From assembly GCF_006345805.1 (NCBI RefSeq), contig NC_043002.1:71672001-71736000 (forward strand): a DNA stretch of 64,000 nt. The letters run 5' to 3'. Numbering within the stretch: the stretch's first letter is position 1; each line of letters begins with the position of its first letter. The notes below the pieces were generated by a model. That model searched no databases. It had not been told where the DNA came from and was given only the letters and a program-made list of their open reading frames with translations. The stretch is from Octopus sinensis (Eukaryota). Positions 12,801-25,350 of this stretch are shown one piece after another. The position numbers and the translations under genes are program-made.

Positions 12801-13084
12801 GTATAGGAGCCACTTGTCTAGCATGAAATTAGTCGTAATGGCTACAAGAAAGCGGGAAACTAGATAAGATACATAAAATATCACCCAATAGTTTTAGACT
12901 TTAGCAAAGCGGGAGATAATCACCATTCGAAATAAAGGTTGGAATATGTATTAAATGGGAACTATATAATTTTACATGGGAGGTGACACGTTGGTGTCGG
13001 AGGGAGTAGGTGACGCGTAGAGGGAGAGGCTGAGAAATAGTGGCAAAAAGAAGTGAGATGACAATGTTGGGGATCGGGAATAGC

Positions 13085-13103
13085 CATAGCAGCAGCAGCA
13101 GCG

Positions 13104-13179
<76 letters not shown>

Positions 13180-13184
13180 CGGTT

Positions 13185-13218
<34 letters not shown>

Positions 13219-13395
13219 GTGTAACGAGGAAGAAGCGGAGGAATGAGTATAGTGAACATTATCGATACAGTGATGATGATAACCATCCATTGGTTGCAGT
13301 GGAAGCTTGAGTGGTGTTGGTGTTGGTGTCGGTGTTGTGGTGGTGTTGGTGGTTTTGTTGTTGTTGTTGTTGGTGGTGGTAGTGGTGGTAGTATT
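13085..13395. repeat. (AGT)n and (GGT/GTT)n trinucleotide repeats
   Basis: Directly visible. Confidence 0.9.
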
Positions 13396-15002
13396 TCATG
13401 AAGTTATCGTAGTTGACCTCTGTAGTTTGACCTCAAACGAATCAGGAATAATAAAAACAAAATATCGAATGTTAATGTAGTTACAAGGCCACGCATGAAA
13501 TGTTTTAGTTTATCAAACTGAAGTACTTGACTGCTAATCAAGAGAGAGACCCTGAAGAATAAAAAGCAAAATTTAGATTCGTTTGATTTGAAATCAGAAC
13601 GTGAAGATGTCACTATATCTGAACTTCAGGAAAATCCCCCGAACACTGTTTCGAATCCTGGGAACGCCTCAGGAATGTGTGGGGTAGTTATATGTGCGTG
13701 TGTGTGTATATGTATGTGTGTATGTATATGTGTGTGTGTGTGTATAATTTTCCCGAGACCCTATTTCCAATCTTGGGCATACAAGAAAGAGAAGAAGACG
13801 TCAGCTTTCAATTACGCAAAGTGGGAATATACACAACAATGGCTTGTCGTTTAAAAGTCAGCTTCCCTAAATTAGATCTAAATTTGATTTCTCGTTAAAA
13901 CTTTTACAAAATACATGCACGAATTTTGTTCTAGTATCCCGTATCAGCCATTTTTAAAAGACCTCAGATCTCATATCTAACATGATGGAAGAACATCACT
14001 TTCGTTGAAAATCAGCCACTTATAAGAACAATATTAAGAGGAATCATAGTACATGTGTTATACTTGCCCCGCTTTATTAATACTTTCTTTTCATTGCAAT
14101 ACTGTAGAATCGACTGGGGCTGTTCAGTATTAACAACACCTTTCACTTCACTGAGAGGAATTGGAGAAAGGTAAGTCAATCTATCATTTCTACAGAGTAA
14201 GCCATTTCAAAATGCATACTAAAAGTCTTTCACTATGATAGATTACATGGTCAGTATTAACAATTACTTCGTGAAAGTGTCATTTGACCGTTTTACAGCT
14301 TACACACTATTCTTGAATTCACATACTTTATTTCTTAATTACACCTGTTATTAGAAGTGCCAAAAAGTTTCGTCGAACTTTTGTGTTCTAGTCTCTGACA
14401 CAAATTGACTTCTTTCAGAACTGTAGATGTGCGGTAAAAATGTTTGATGCTTTATAGCAAACAATACTGTTAATCTCTATATATATAAATAAATAAAACT
14501 GAATGTGACTGATCTGCGTGTGTTAAAATGGATAAAACGACTCTTCCACAATGCAATTCTTTCAATTTTAACATATTATCTTAGATCAAGTCGCTTGTCA
14601 AATGACTAACAAACCCGAAATTATGAACAATGTAAATGAATAATACATTTTACCAGGAATCGAAATGCTATCAAAGAAAATGTTCCATGTTGCTGGTTAT
14701 GACACTGATAATAGCCTATACCCGAGTGGCTCCATAGAACACAACTCAACTTTTCATTATGCTGGGTTTGAGACTCAGGTTCATTGAACAAGTTAAGTTC
14801 TTTTAATCTATCCGTTAACTCCACAAAATCTTTCCATTTGTGGTTGCGTAAAATGTTAGTTCTTTAGTCGAGAAGTTCTTTTGTCTTGCAAGAAAGAAAA
14901 CCACTTTTCATTGATAAATTTTCTTACCATACTTCTTTGACGGGTGAATCTTAAGTTATAAAATTTCATATATTTAATATCGGTTTCAAATTTCAGTACA
15001 AA

Positions 15003-15160
15003 TACACTAGTTTTCAGGAAGTGGGTAAGTCGATTAAATCGACCCCAGGGCTCAACTGGTACTTATTTTATCGTCCCTGAAAAGATGAAAGGAAAGTCGG
15101 CCTCGACGGAATTTGAACTCAGAACATAAAGAGGAACGAAATGCAGCTAAACATTTTGCT
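15003..15160 (-). mobile_element. SINE family A, degenerate copy
   Basis: 'tcgaccccagggctcaactggtacttattttatcgtccctgaaaagatgaaaggaaagtcggcctcgacggaatttgaactcagaac' matches family A. Confidence 0.75.
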
Positions 15161-16272
15161 GACCATCTTAGTTTCGTATCTAATATTGACTAATTCTAAT
15201 TTTAAATCACATTTGTCTCTACACTACTTGTCAAGTTTCAGGGTTCGATTAAATACATTATCAATTAATATATTTGATCCATTCAATAGGTTAATTGTTT
15301 CTTAAAAATTTTATCTTAATTTTGTAAATTTCAAATATTCATACGAATCTGTTACTCGTGTGACCAGAGTCTCCGATTTTTTATTACCCACAAGGGGCGG
15401 TGTGACCAGAGTATCTACGTAAGCAAGGATAATAGCAAAGTGAGACTTCAAACCTTACATTCGAATGATTAGAATAGGAAGCGAAACATCAACTAAGAAC
15501 GGAAACCGTTTTGAAGACATACCTCATCAATATCATGTCTTGAGATTTTAGTTTCACATTTTTATATTTTAGCATGTTAAAACCCGTGGTGGCTTTGTAT
15601 TTCTTACGATTCTTTACATTAGAAGTTCAAATCTCGTAGATATCAACTATCTCTTTCATCCCATTTGGGGTACGGTGCGGTCAATAAATTAAAGAACCAA
15701 TCAAGAACTGGCGATCAATTTAATCGACTAACCTCACCCTCAAAAAAATTCTGTGCTTATGCCTGTGCTAGACATAATAACATTGTGATATAAAATAACG
15801 GAATCAATTTTATATGCGAATGGATGTTTCTGTGTGTGCGTGTGTGTATGTGTATACGCGGGTGGGTGCGCGCGCGCTTCGAATTCGGATTTATTTGTAA
15901 ATTTGTTTGACAATGTCTGTGTGATCAATTCATGTTTGTGACCTTTGTTGATTTTGTTCCTTTTATGTTTCTTTGTTTTGATGTCATTACCAAACATTTT
16001 ATTTTTCATTTTACTTTTGATTTATTGCCATACTTGTTATTTGTTTTTGCTTTTTTTTTTTGTTTGTTTGTTTGTTTTTTAGCAGAACCAATAAATCATC
16101 CGAGAACCTGAAGCAAATACAAGAACACTAACAGAATTATATCTCAATAATAATTCTAGAATCAAATTAAATGTGATAGAATATATTTAGCGTTCTTCTT
16201 ATTATTATTACCATTTCCATTATCATCATCATCATCATCATCATCATCATTATTATTGTTGTTGTTGTTATT

Positions 16273-16311
<39 letters not shown>

Positions 16312-16763
16312 GACAGAATCGCCTGTGTGTCCGTGAAATACCCAGCGGGATTTATTCCTGTATCTTTACTTACTGAGTTCAAATCCCACCGAGGTCACTA
16401 TTGCTTTTCATCCTTCCGGGGCGTAGGTCGATAAAAAAATCTTGTATTCAAGAATTGATATCGAAGATATCTCCTAGCATTTCTTTCACAAAATATTTGG
16501 CTCTGGCAATACTCCTTCCAACCATGTCAAACAATGCATCCCATAACCACAACGCAACCAAATTTCTCTCTCTCTCTCTCTCCTGTCTTTCCGTATATCT
16601 AACAATTTGTTCAGTCATGTATCTTAATTTTTAGGAAACGTGCTACAGTGTATTCTCTTTCCAAGAACAACCAGTATGACTCTGCCAATAATTGTCTCAC
16701 TTCTAACATTTCAGAGTCGCTGCACATCTATCAACTTCCTACAACACCTTACATCACTCTCTT

Positions 16764-16797
<34 letters not shown>

Positions 16798-17129
16798 GCG
16801 CGCACACGCACACACACACACACGTACATACATATATACACACAGATGCTCAATGGTCACTAATCAATCTTGAGTAAATCCACATCCAACACAGACCTTT
16901 TCTCTGATACCAATCACTAGTAAATATTCCTCTTCGAAATATTTGGTGAAACTCAGCTATTTTACTTAACATCAGCAAAAGATTCGGGTCTTTATATATA
17001 GAAACAAGTTATATAAGACCTTGATGTGGCCATCCCTGATAATTTAATTGTAATACTAAATGTTGTTCGACAGTAAATTAGTAACCGAATAGGTCATAAA
17101 TATCAGTTGAGAGAAACAATACTATATTC

Positions 17130-17530
17130 TTTTCTTCTCTAGGCACAAGGCCCGAAATTTTGGGGGAGTGGTCCGGTCGATTACATCGAACCCAGTGCGC
17201 AACTGGTGCTTAATTTATCAACCCCGAAAAAAAGGATTAAAGGCAAAGTCGACCTCGGCGGAATTTGAACCCAGAACGTAAAGACAGATGAAATACCTAT
17301 TTCTTTACTACCCACAAGGAGCTAAACACAGAAGGGACAAACAAGGACAGACAAATGGATTAAGCCGATTATATCGACCTTAGTACGTAACTGTACTAAT
17401 TTAATCGACTCCGAAAGGATGAAAGGCAAAGTCGACCTCGGCGGAATTTGAACTCAGAACGTAACGGCAGACGGAATACCGCTAAGCATTTCACCCAGCA
17501 TGCTAATGATTCTGCCAGCTCGCCGCCTTA
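17130..17530 (-). mobile_element. Two adjacent SINE family A copies (short-tail and long-tail forms)
   Basis: Two 'aggcaaagtcgacctcggcggaatttgaac' cores; 5' head 'ctgccagctcgccgcctt' ends at about 17530. Confidence 0.85.
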
Positions 17531-18230
17531 GAAATAATACTAAAATGGTCGAAGCTTTCCAGTCATAATTTCTACATTCTAACATCGAGTGGTCCAGTCA
17601 GCTGGGCGGCAAATAAATATCATACGCAACATAATTACGATATATGATAGGTAGAAACTGTACAATTTACGATTAAGTACTTGATTTACACACCTATATT
17701 TTCCTCCACCCATAAAGAAGGGTTTCGTTTCCTGTAGACAATATTGCCATCAATACATTACATGGAAACGAAGAGTTCAGCGGTTTCCAACCGCACTTTC
17801 GTCAGGTTATAGGATTCATTATAATAACAATTTCTATAGAAACTAAAATAAGTGTTTCTTCTTTTCTTTTTATTTGTAAATTCATGGGAAAACTGCTTCA
17901 AAAATGTCGAAAGACACACACTTATTCAAAATAAAAATAGCATTTTCTCTTCCGTGTTTTCAGTAACGAACGTTGACGTGCATATTTTAATCATCATAAC
18001 TATAATAGTAATTTATTTATTATTATTTTTTTATGCACTTATTGTGCTATTGATGTTTTTTTCTAATGCATTTGCAAGACGTACAGTTTTAATTCTCACC
18101 ATCTCCAAAACCACCATGGATTATCTTCTTTCTGCAACGTGCTTAAAGAAAACCAATATGATTGTAGATGAGGCAACAGGAAAATGAATTACTGATAACT
18201 TTCTGCTCTCTCTCTCTCTCTCTCTCTATA

Positions 18231-18312
<82 letters not shown>

Positions 18313-18789
18313 GTGTACAAGGTCACATTTTATATATTTATTAATATGTTGTTACCGTTGTTTTTCTATTGTTGTCGTTCTTCGTTTTAATACTGACAGC
18401 TGCCGAAGAAAGGGATTGGTACAATTATTACTTTTATTGCCCTTGTTTTTCTTATTATTGACGTTAATGTTTTTGTTTTGTTTTTTTTGATGTGTGAACC
18501 TTTTTAGTTCCATTCGTTTTATATAGTGGTGGCATTATTGTTAGTTGAACCGATGAGGATGCTACTCAATTTGGTGGTAATAGTGATGATGACGAAAACG
18601 ATGGGGATAAAGACTATACTAGAAAATATCTAGCTACGTTTCCTCCGGCTCTTTATGCCCTGAGTTCAAATTCCGCCGAGGTCAAATTTGGCTTCTCTCC
18701 TTAGGAGGTCGACAGAATAAAAAAAACAATGAAATACTGGTTCATTGTAATCTACTAAGCACCTGCACCAAAAACACAATGAATTGCTT

Positions 18790-19020
18790 GACATTCTGCA
18801 AAAATCATCATCATCATCATCATTATAATTGAGTGAGAGAGCAGTGCATGCCATCAAAGTGACACTGGGGTAAAATATACGAAGCCCAGTATACCCATCA
18901 TGACTACCCGTCTAACAAGGGCACACCAGGCGCATGCATCACAACAATATGTGCGCAACATGGTGATCTCACATCAAGATAAGCAGCGCATGACATTGCA
19001 GGTGGGGCCCAGTTAGAATT
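18790..19020 (-). mobile_element. 3' end of a retroposon (LINE 3' UTR or SINE tail) ending in an (ATG)n/(AAT)n tail
   Basis: About 200 bp of more GC-rich sequence whose minus strand ends '...ctctcactcaattataatgatgatgatgat'. Family not determined. Confidence 0.5.
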
Positions 19021-19208
19021 GAGACACCGTGCGTAGGAGAAACTGTACTTTGTATGGCAGTAAAATTTCGTTTTTTTTGTTAGTCTTCGTTAAAAGGACG
19101 CTTCCTTCAAGTTTTCCTCAGCATTTTTATCTAATTCCATCGATGTTATTGTATTATATTTGTTTTTGAATGTAGAGCCCGGTTTCGTACATCCATGTTG
19201 TTATTCAG

Positions 19209-19397
19209 TGCGGAGCTGACAGAATCGTTAGCACTCCGGGTGAAATGCTTAGCGGTGTTTCGTCTGCCAACCACACCCTGTGTTCAAATTCCGTCGAGGT
19301 CGATTTTGCCTTTCATCCTTTCGGAATCTATAAAATAAGTATCAGTTGAACACTGGGGTCGGTGCGATCGACTCATCCCCTCCCCCCAAAATTTGAA
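19209..19397 (+). mobile_element. SINE family A copy
   Basis: 'gagctgacagaatcgttagcactccgggtgaaatgcttagcgg...gttcaaattccgtcgaggtcgattttgcctttcatcc'. Confidence 0.85.
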
Positions 19398-19421
19398 ACC
19401 ATTATTATTCTTCTTCTTCTT

Positions 19422-19503
<82 letters not shown>

Positions 19504-19550
19504 TCTAACCTTTGTATGTTATGTATGTGTCCCTTCTGTTTCAGTGTATA

Positions 19551-19782
19551 CCTATTTCTTTATTACCCACAAGGGGCTAAACACAGAGGGGACAAACAAG
19601 GACAGACATAGGTAGTAAGTCGATTACATCAACCCCAGTGCGTAACTGGTACTTAATTTATCGACCCCGAAAGGATGAAAGGCAAAGTCGACCTCGGCGG
19701 AATTCGAACTCACAACGTAACGCAGACGAAATACCGCCAAGCATTTCGCCCGGCGTGCTAACGTTCCTGCCAGCTCGCCGCC
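19551..19782 (-). mobile_element. SINE family A, near full-length long-tail copy
   Basis: Intact head 'aaggcggcgagctggcaggaacgttagcacgccgggcg' on the minus strand and tail '...gccccttgtgggtaataaagaaatagg'. Confidence 0.9.
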
Positions 19783-19794
19783 TTTTTAGTGTAT

Positions 19795-19920
19795 ACCGTG
19801 TACACTTACTTTCTTTCCCCCGCCCTTTTTTTATCATTTCATTATATAAACCCCTACACTTTACGTCTGTCTGTGCATTGTCCCCCTTATACTTCGCCCT
19901 TGTGGCAACTAAATGAAATC
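19795..19920 (+). mobile_element. Short 3' UTR end of an L1/Tx1-type LINE followed by (ATC/ATT)n
   Basis: Ends 'ttgtccccttatacttcgcccttgtggcaactaaatgaaatc', similar to the TSD-flanked tail at 61660-61715. Confidence 0.45.
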
Positions 19921-19932
19921 AACATCATTATT

Positions 19933-19964
<32 letters not shown>

Positions 19965-19999
19965 TATTATTATTACTATTATCATTATCATTATTATTA

Positions 20000-20034
<35 letters not shown>

Positions 20035-20230
20035 ATTATACTGTCTTTACTATCATCATCATCATTATTTTACTTCCTTGAAGGAAGAATTAATATTGTT
20101 CGTGTTGTTACGATGATTGCATTTGTTCACCTCCTCTTCCTACTGCTCCTCCACCTCGACTTCGAGTATCCTCTTCCTCCTCTTTCTTCTTCTTCTTCTT
20201 CTTCTTCTTCTTCTTCTTCTTCTTTCTCCT
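19920..20230. repeat. (ATC)n/(ATT)n/(CTT)n trinucleotide repeats
   Basis: Directly visible. Confidence 0.9.
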
Positions 20231-20599
20231 TATGCTGCTGCCGGTGTTGTTATTGCAGTTTCTATCCCTATCCATAATTGCCATATCGGATTTCGTATGT
20301 AAATCTTCTGCTTTGCACAGAAACCTCCACATTTCAAGATTTCCTGTTTTCAAAATCATTTCTACGTGTTTCTCGGTTTGCATCTACTTGTATCTATGTT
20401 CCTGCCTTTCCGTGTCGATAGGAATATACGCACGCATAATTTGGTGTAAAAATATTTCACGGGTATTAGCTGAGAGATACGTGCATATAGTAACTCTCCA
20501 CTCACTGTTGCTTATTATTTCCCTTTACCACTATGTATTTCTGGGGTTTTTTTTTCGAATAAAAAGGGTTAATTTTGTTTGTTTGTTTTTTACAGGCGC

Positions 20600-21000
20600 T
20601 TCCTAACAATACAATTATCTTTCGGATTTCTTATATTGAGTGATAACCACACGTTTCTCTTATGTTTTTATCTGTTTCATTCGTCATAACTGAATTCTCA
20701 TACTACTTCAAGAAATAGATAGTATCCATAAACCAAGTCTTTTTTTTAGTTCCACGTCTTAGTCTTTATATTTGGAACACTTCTTAGTTTCTTTTTCAAA
20801 TATATTTTTCCTGTCAGAGAGACATAACATTTCAATTACTCCACATGATTTATTCGACATCTTATTTCATAGCTATATATGGCCGCTCAGATAATATCTC
20901 CCTGTGTTCTAATAGAACTGCTATGCACAGTAACAGAGCAAATTCCACATCCAAATCTGTTTCAGGATTCTCGGTATTTTTGTGTTTTTATTTGTTTTTA
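20600..21000 (-). mobile_element. Degraded Penelope-like GIY-YIG endonuclease remnant (tentative)
   Basis: Minus-strand pieces CGICSVT..SSSI; YEIRCRIN; SCGVI.MLC; QEKYI* resemble the C..C / VIY.I.C..C...YIG layout, with several stops. Confidence 0.35.
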
Positions 21001-21716
21001 CATTGTTTTTGTTTTTCTTATTTGATAACACCCTCTTTCTCTGGTTTTATCCTCTTTCTCTGAATTTTCCATTGGTTTAATAAAATTTACTCTGCCTTCG
21101 TTAGAATCGAAAATTTGGTTTCAAGACCATATATGGTCGATATATTTTCCAAATTATTTATTTTGGGTGTGATGCGAAGGGCGATTCTGACTTTTTTTCT
21201 GACATACTTGACTTTTTCATATAAATACGACGGAATTATATTTTCACCATGGCTTTTATTGGAGCAGAATAGATCCAATATTTGAACGTGTAGAACCCAG
21301 CAAAAAAACAGTCTGATAATTCGAGTAAGATTGATTAAACTTATTTCATCAACCCTCAATAATAATACATTTAACAGGAAGGTGAGAGTTCCAAATAATT
21401 TTATCAATTCTTAGAGGTAAGTATACATATCTGGTCCTCGGTCTATAAATCCGTTCGCCAACTAAATTCTATCATTGCCAAGAATATACATCTCTTTATA
21501 ATGAGCTATTCGGTTTCTTTCAATGAGATCTAGAATGTACACTATATGGATATAGTTCTTATAGTATATCATAATAAGGATAATGATTTTCTTAAAATCT
21601 TCTTCTTAGACACAAGTCATCTAGTTCTTGATTATTGATTGGCCGTTCTGTTTTTCCTGATTTAGGCGACAGGATTAATATGTGCAGACACACGTACACA
21701 CACAAACATGCAGACA

Positions 21717-21778
<62 letters not shown>

Positions 21779-21867
21779 TATATAGTATATATATAGGTAA
21801 TATTTGTAGGCACTTTAAGATGGCTGTCGTTCGAGCGGACTCTACTGCGTTTTTTTAACTCCAAGAG

Positions 21868-21912
<45 letters not shown>

Positions 21913-22052
21913 CAATATATCTACATACATATATGTGGTGTGTATGTTGTTGTACGGGTTGTGCTGTGTGTGTCGCGTTTGTGTGATTGTATGAATTCTC
22001 ATATCTAGGGGATAGCTCCTAACGAATATCCCGGTCCAAGTATCAATACCAT

Positions 22053-22086
<34 letters not shown>

Positions 22087-22090
22087 CGCG

Positions 22091-22234
22091 AGAAAGAAGC
22101 AACAAGAATGGATAGGTTTTTAGTACAATCGTTTCATACAAGGACATGCTTTATTAAAAGTTGCAACTTTTAATAAAGCTGTCCTTGTATGAAACGATGT
22201 ACTAAAAACACTATCCATTCTGTTGCTTCTTTCT
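22091..22234. repeat. 144-bp near-perfect palindrome with no spacer
   Basis: Centre 'aaaagttg|caactttt' at 22163/22164. The arms (73 and 71 nt) differ by about four single-base indels. Confidence 0.9.
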
Positions 22235-22705
22235 GCTTATAATCACCCACATTACTGTATTGTTAAAACAGTATAGTTTTTGGTGCATCTAAGTTAGGTA
22301 CCATATTAAGTAAATCATTTAATTAACTTGAATCTTATGCTTTTATATATATATATATATATATATAAAGGGAGTGGAATGTGTCTTCTGGTAATTACTG
22401 TTTTATCTGGAGCAATAAGTTGTATATTCTGAGTTCAAATTTCACCTAGATCCGCTTTAAAACAGGCCTCAAGATTTATGACTCTAGATTCCCAGGCTTT
22501 TACAGTTCCGGGCAAGACAAGCTATCACTGAAAGGGAAAAAGTATATTGACAATATGGGTGCATACTTTGATGAATAAAAATATTCCTTGTACTTATAAA
22601 ACAACAGCAAACTTGTTTTTCTACAGATTTCATACTTAACGACCTAGTACATATATATTTTGTATACGTTGCACACTTATACACACGCGCGCAAACACCC
22701 ACCCA

Positions 22706-22748
<43 letters not shown>

Positions 22749-22873
22749 ATGTATTTATGTATATGCATGTATGTATGTATATGTATATATATCTATATAG
22801 ACACACACACACCTATGTATGTATGTATGTATGTATGTATGTATGTATGTATGTATGTATGTATGTATGTATA

Positions 22874-24142
22874 TAGGGTGAGATAGAGAGTTCGGGCGTT
22901 TTTGAAAAACTTCATAAAATTATTAATTTTAGCTGCGAACATATTTTATTGACATAAATGTGTTCATATTGAATTAGCGTTAGTCGAAATTAAATGTAGA
23001 ATGCAATATCCATCATGTGTTGTCCGTTTTTATTAATGCACTTCTGAAGATGTTCTTGGAAGTTGACATCCACTCTCTCCAGCATTCATCAGTCGATTTG
23101 GGCGACTTCCCACGCGAATAGCTTCCTTCAAATCGTTCAATGAGCAACCTTGAGTTTTCTCCACAAGAAATAATCACACATAGACAAATCAGGGCAACGG
23201 GGAGGCTAAGGAATGTCAGCAAACCTGGAAAATGAGGCAGTCACCGAAGAGAGCGTGAAGAACGTCCATTGATGCTCTGGCTGTGTGGACCGTCGATTAG
23301 GTATACGTTTTCGTCGTAATTTGGGTATAAAAAAAGTTCTTCATCGTCTCGATGTAACACTTGAAGTAACAGCATTTCCATTATTGTCTTCAAAAAAGTA
23401 AGGACCAATGAAGGCAGCTTTTCGAACAGCACACGAAACTGTCACTTTTGGGCTATGCAGTGGTTTTTCGTGCAAATCTCTCGGATTTTCAAGAGCCAAA
23501 TAACGACAGTTTCATCGATTCACCGTGCCACTGAGATGAAAAGGAGCTTCATTGCTCATTACCAAAATGAGGTTGTCATTTGCGTCCATAATTGCATTCA
23601 TCTGACGTGCATAGTGAAGCCGCTGTGCATAGTGCCTTGGTTTCAACTGTTGTCCAATGGTGCAAATGCAGGTCTTCATGCAAAATATGCCTTACCGATG
23701 CCACGTTCAGTGAAATGTCTCCGAGTAGAGCGATTCAGACTCTGTATCAAAGCTTGTCTGACGCGTTTCACATTTTCCTAGGTCCCTAATGTTCGTTGTT
23801 CTCTCACTAGTCTCCGGTTCGTTAGTGTACCTCGTGTACGAAGTGCATTCACTCAACGTAAGATTGTGCTACGGGTGAGAACAGCCTGATTTCGGTCAAT
23901 ATCGAAGTGACGCCGAAACGCCGAAACTCACGCTGAACTGCTGTGACAGACTCGTCATTCTTCGCGTAAATGTCGTAGGCAAACACGCGATGGTCCATCG
24001 TCGACAGCGGCATGGCTCCACCTAAAAGAAGAAAAAATGCTGAAACACCACATACCGAATGGTGCCTGTCGGACATGCGTGTCTTCCATTGGGACTGAGT
24101 AATAGGCATTTCAAAAACGTCAATCCTCTCTGCCCTACCCTG
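22874..24142 (-). mobile_element. Full-length decayed Tc1/mariner-superfamily transposon, maT/DD37D-like
   Basis: Degenerate TIRs (t/c)agggt..g..agagag....g.cgtttttgaaa at 22874 and 24142, with TA on both sides. Transposase remnant 24013 to 22990: MDHRVFAYDIY..NDESVTAVQREF; MSNEAPFHLSGTVNR*NCRY.A.ENP..HEKPLHSPKVTV..IGPYFFED; PPRCPDLSMCDYFLW. The second catalytic QQDGA motif is deleted. Confidence 0.9.
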
Positions 24143-25019
24143 TATATATATATATATATATATATATACACAAAGACAGAGTTGCAGGCGTGGCTGTGTG
24201 GTTTGGATTTTGCTTCCAGCCTCAAGGTTCCGTCACAAGGACAAAAGTAACGCCACTAAGTTCGTTAACAGGGTATGGGATTTGATGACCAAATACACGC
24301 CACATATAATCAAGGGATAAATTGTTGAAAAATTCTTGTCATATGCTAAAGAACAAAAAAATGTAAATTACGCGTAGTTTCATGATCGCATATCCTCTTA
24401 AGATCTAAGAATTCCACCGCGCTGCTGAATTCCAGATCAGAATTTTTCAGCAATTACAAATGTATGGACAAGTTTCTTTTGACGAATTGGAGAATACCAC
24501 CCACTCTGATTTGAATCCAAACTTTAGATCCCTATCCACTTAGCCTTATGACTCTAAGGAACATAACACTTATTCTCCCTTTTTCCTTTCTTTTATTGTT
24601 CTTTTACTCTTCCCTTTTTTACAACCACCTTCATCTTGTAACTTCTGATTTCTCTTGTGCTTGTCCTGATTTATGACTTGTATGGACAATGTGATCAGAA
24701 CCTGCAGATTACTTAGAGACACTATGTGAGTTTTTAAAACATACCTAAACCTTCAATGAATAAAATTATAAGTAGCTATGTACATTAAACAATATTTATC
24801 TTTCACCGGATGGGGTACACCTTCGTGGTAAATGGCGATTTGGCGTCAATATCTACAATACAGGCTGTCCTCTAAATTTTGTATGTAAAAAAATTTTTGT
24901 CTTCGGATTTTTTAAAAGATATGCTAGGCCACTAGGGTGCATTTCGGTTGTAAATTGCGAATTGCCACCTTAATATATATAACAAAGTTGAGTTGTGGGG
25001 TATCGCACGAGTGGAATTA

Positions 25020-25350
25020 TATACGAAAGATGGTTTGAAAATGCAATTTAAAAGATTTTTATTTACTTAACCGGTTTCACTCTTTGGAAAAAGATTGTCA
25101 AAAGTAACATAGAATATTATGAATTCAAAAAAGTTTTTTACATAATTGCCACATTGAATATTATGAATTCAAAAAAGTTTTTTTACATAATTGTCACATT
25201 ACATGTATAAATATAGTGTTTGGTAACAGGGATATGTTAAGGGCATAAAGAAGTTCAACAGTGTGATGAGAATATTTGGAAAAAATGGCAGAGTGAAACC
25301 GGTTAAGTAAATAAACATTTTTTAAATTGCATTTTCAAACCTTCTTTCGT
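25020..25350. mobile_element. About 330-bp fold-back element with about 65-bp terminal inverted repeats and an internal 44-bp tandem duplication
   Basis: 'tacgaaagatggtttgaaaatgcaatttaaaa..tttatttacttaaccggtttcactct' recurs inverted at about 25288-25350. 25112-25155 is repeated at 25156-25199. Confidence 0.7.

Noticed and set aside
12161-12884. Many 60-180 aa ORFs rich in YI/CV/HT (also at 2.8, 8.4, 33-35, 38-39 and 42-44 kb)
   Set aside because: They are translations of dinucleotide and tetranucleotide microsatellites, which lack stops in some frames.
13510-13690. Protein-like plus frame LIKRETLKNKKQNLDSFDLKSERED..
   Set aside because: There is no usable acceptor after the upstream stop, the donor is weak, and I recognise no homology.
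14621-14960. Minus-strand 67-aa ORF and nearby splice-like signals
   Set aside because: The splice sites and open frame are not mutually consistent, and I recognise no domain.
20845-20980. FALLLCIAVLLEHREIL resembling a TBC/Rab-GAP helix (minus strand)
   Set aside because: It is bounded by stops and has no credible splice sites. An overlapping frame fits a decayed GIY-YIG better.
21087-21407. 106-aa minus-strand ORF
   Set aside because: It is AT-rich with no recognisable motif; it may be part of a decayed retroelement but I could not assign it.
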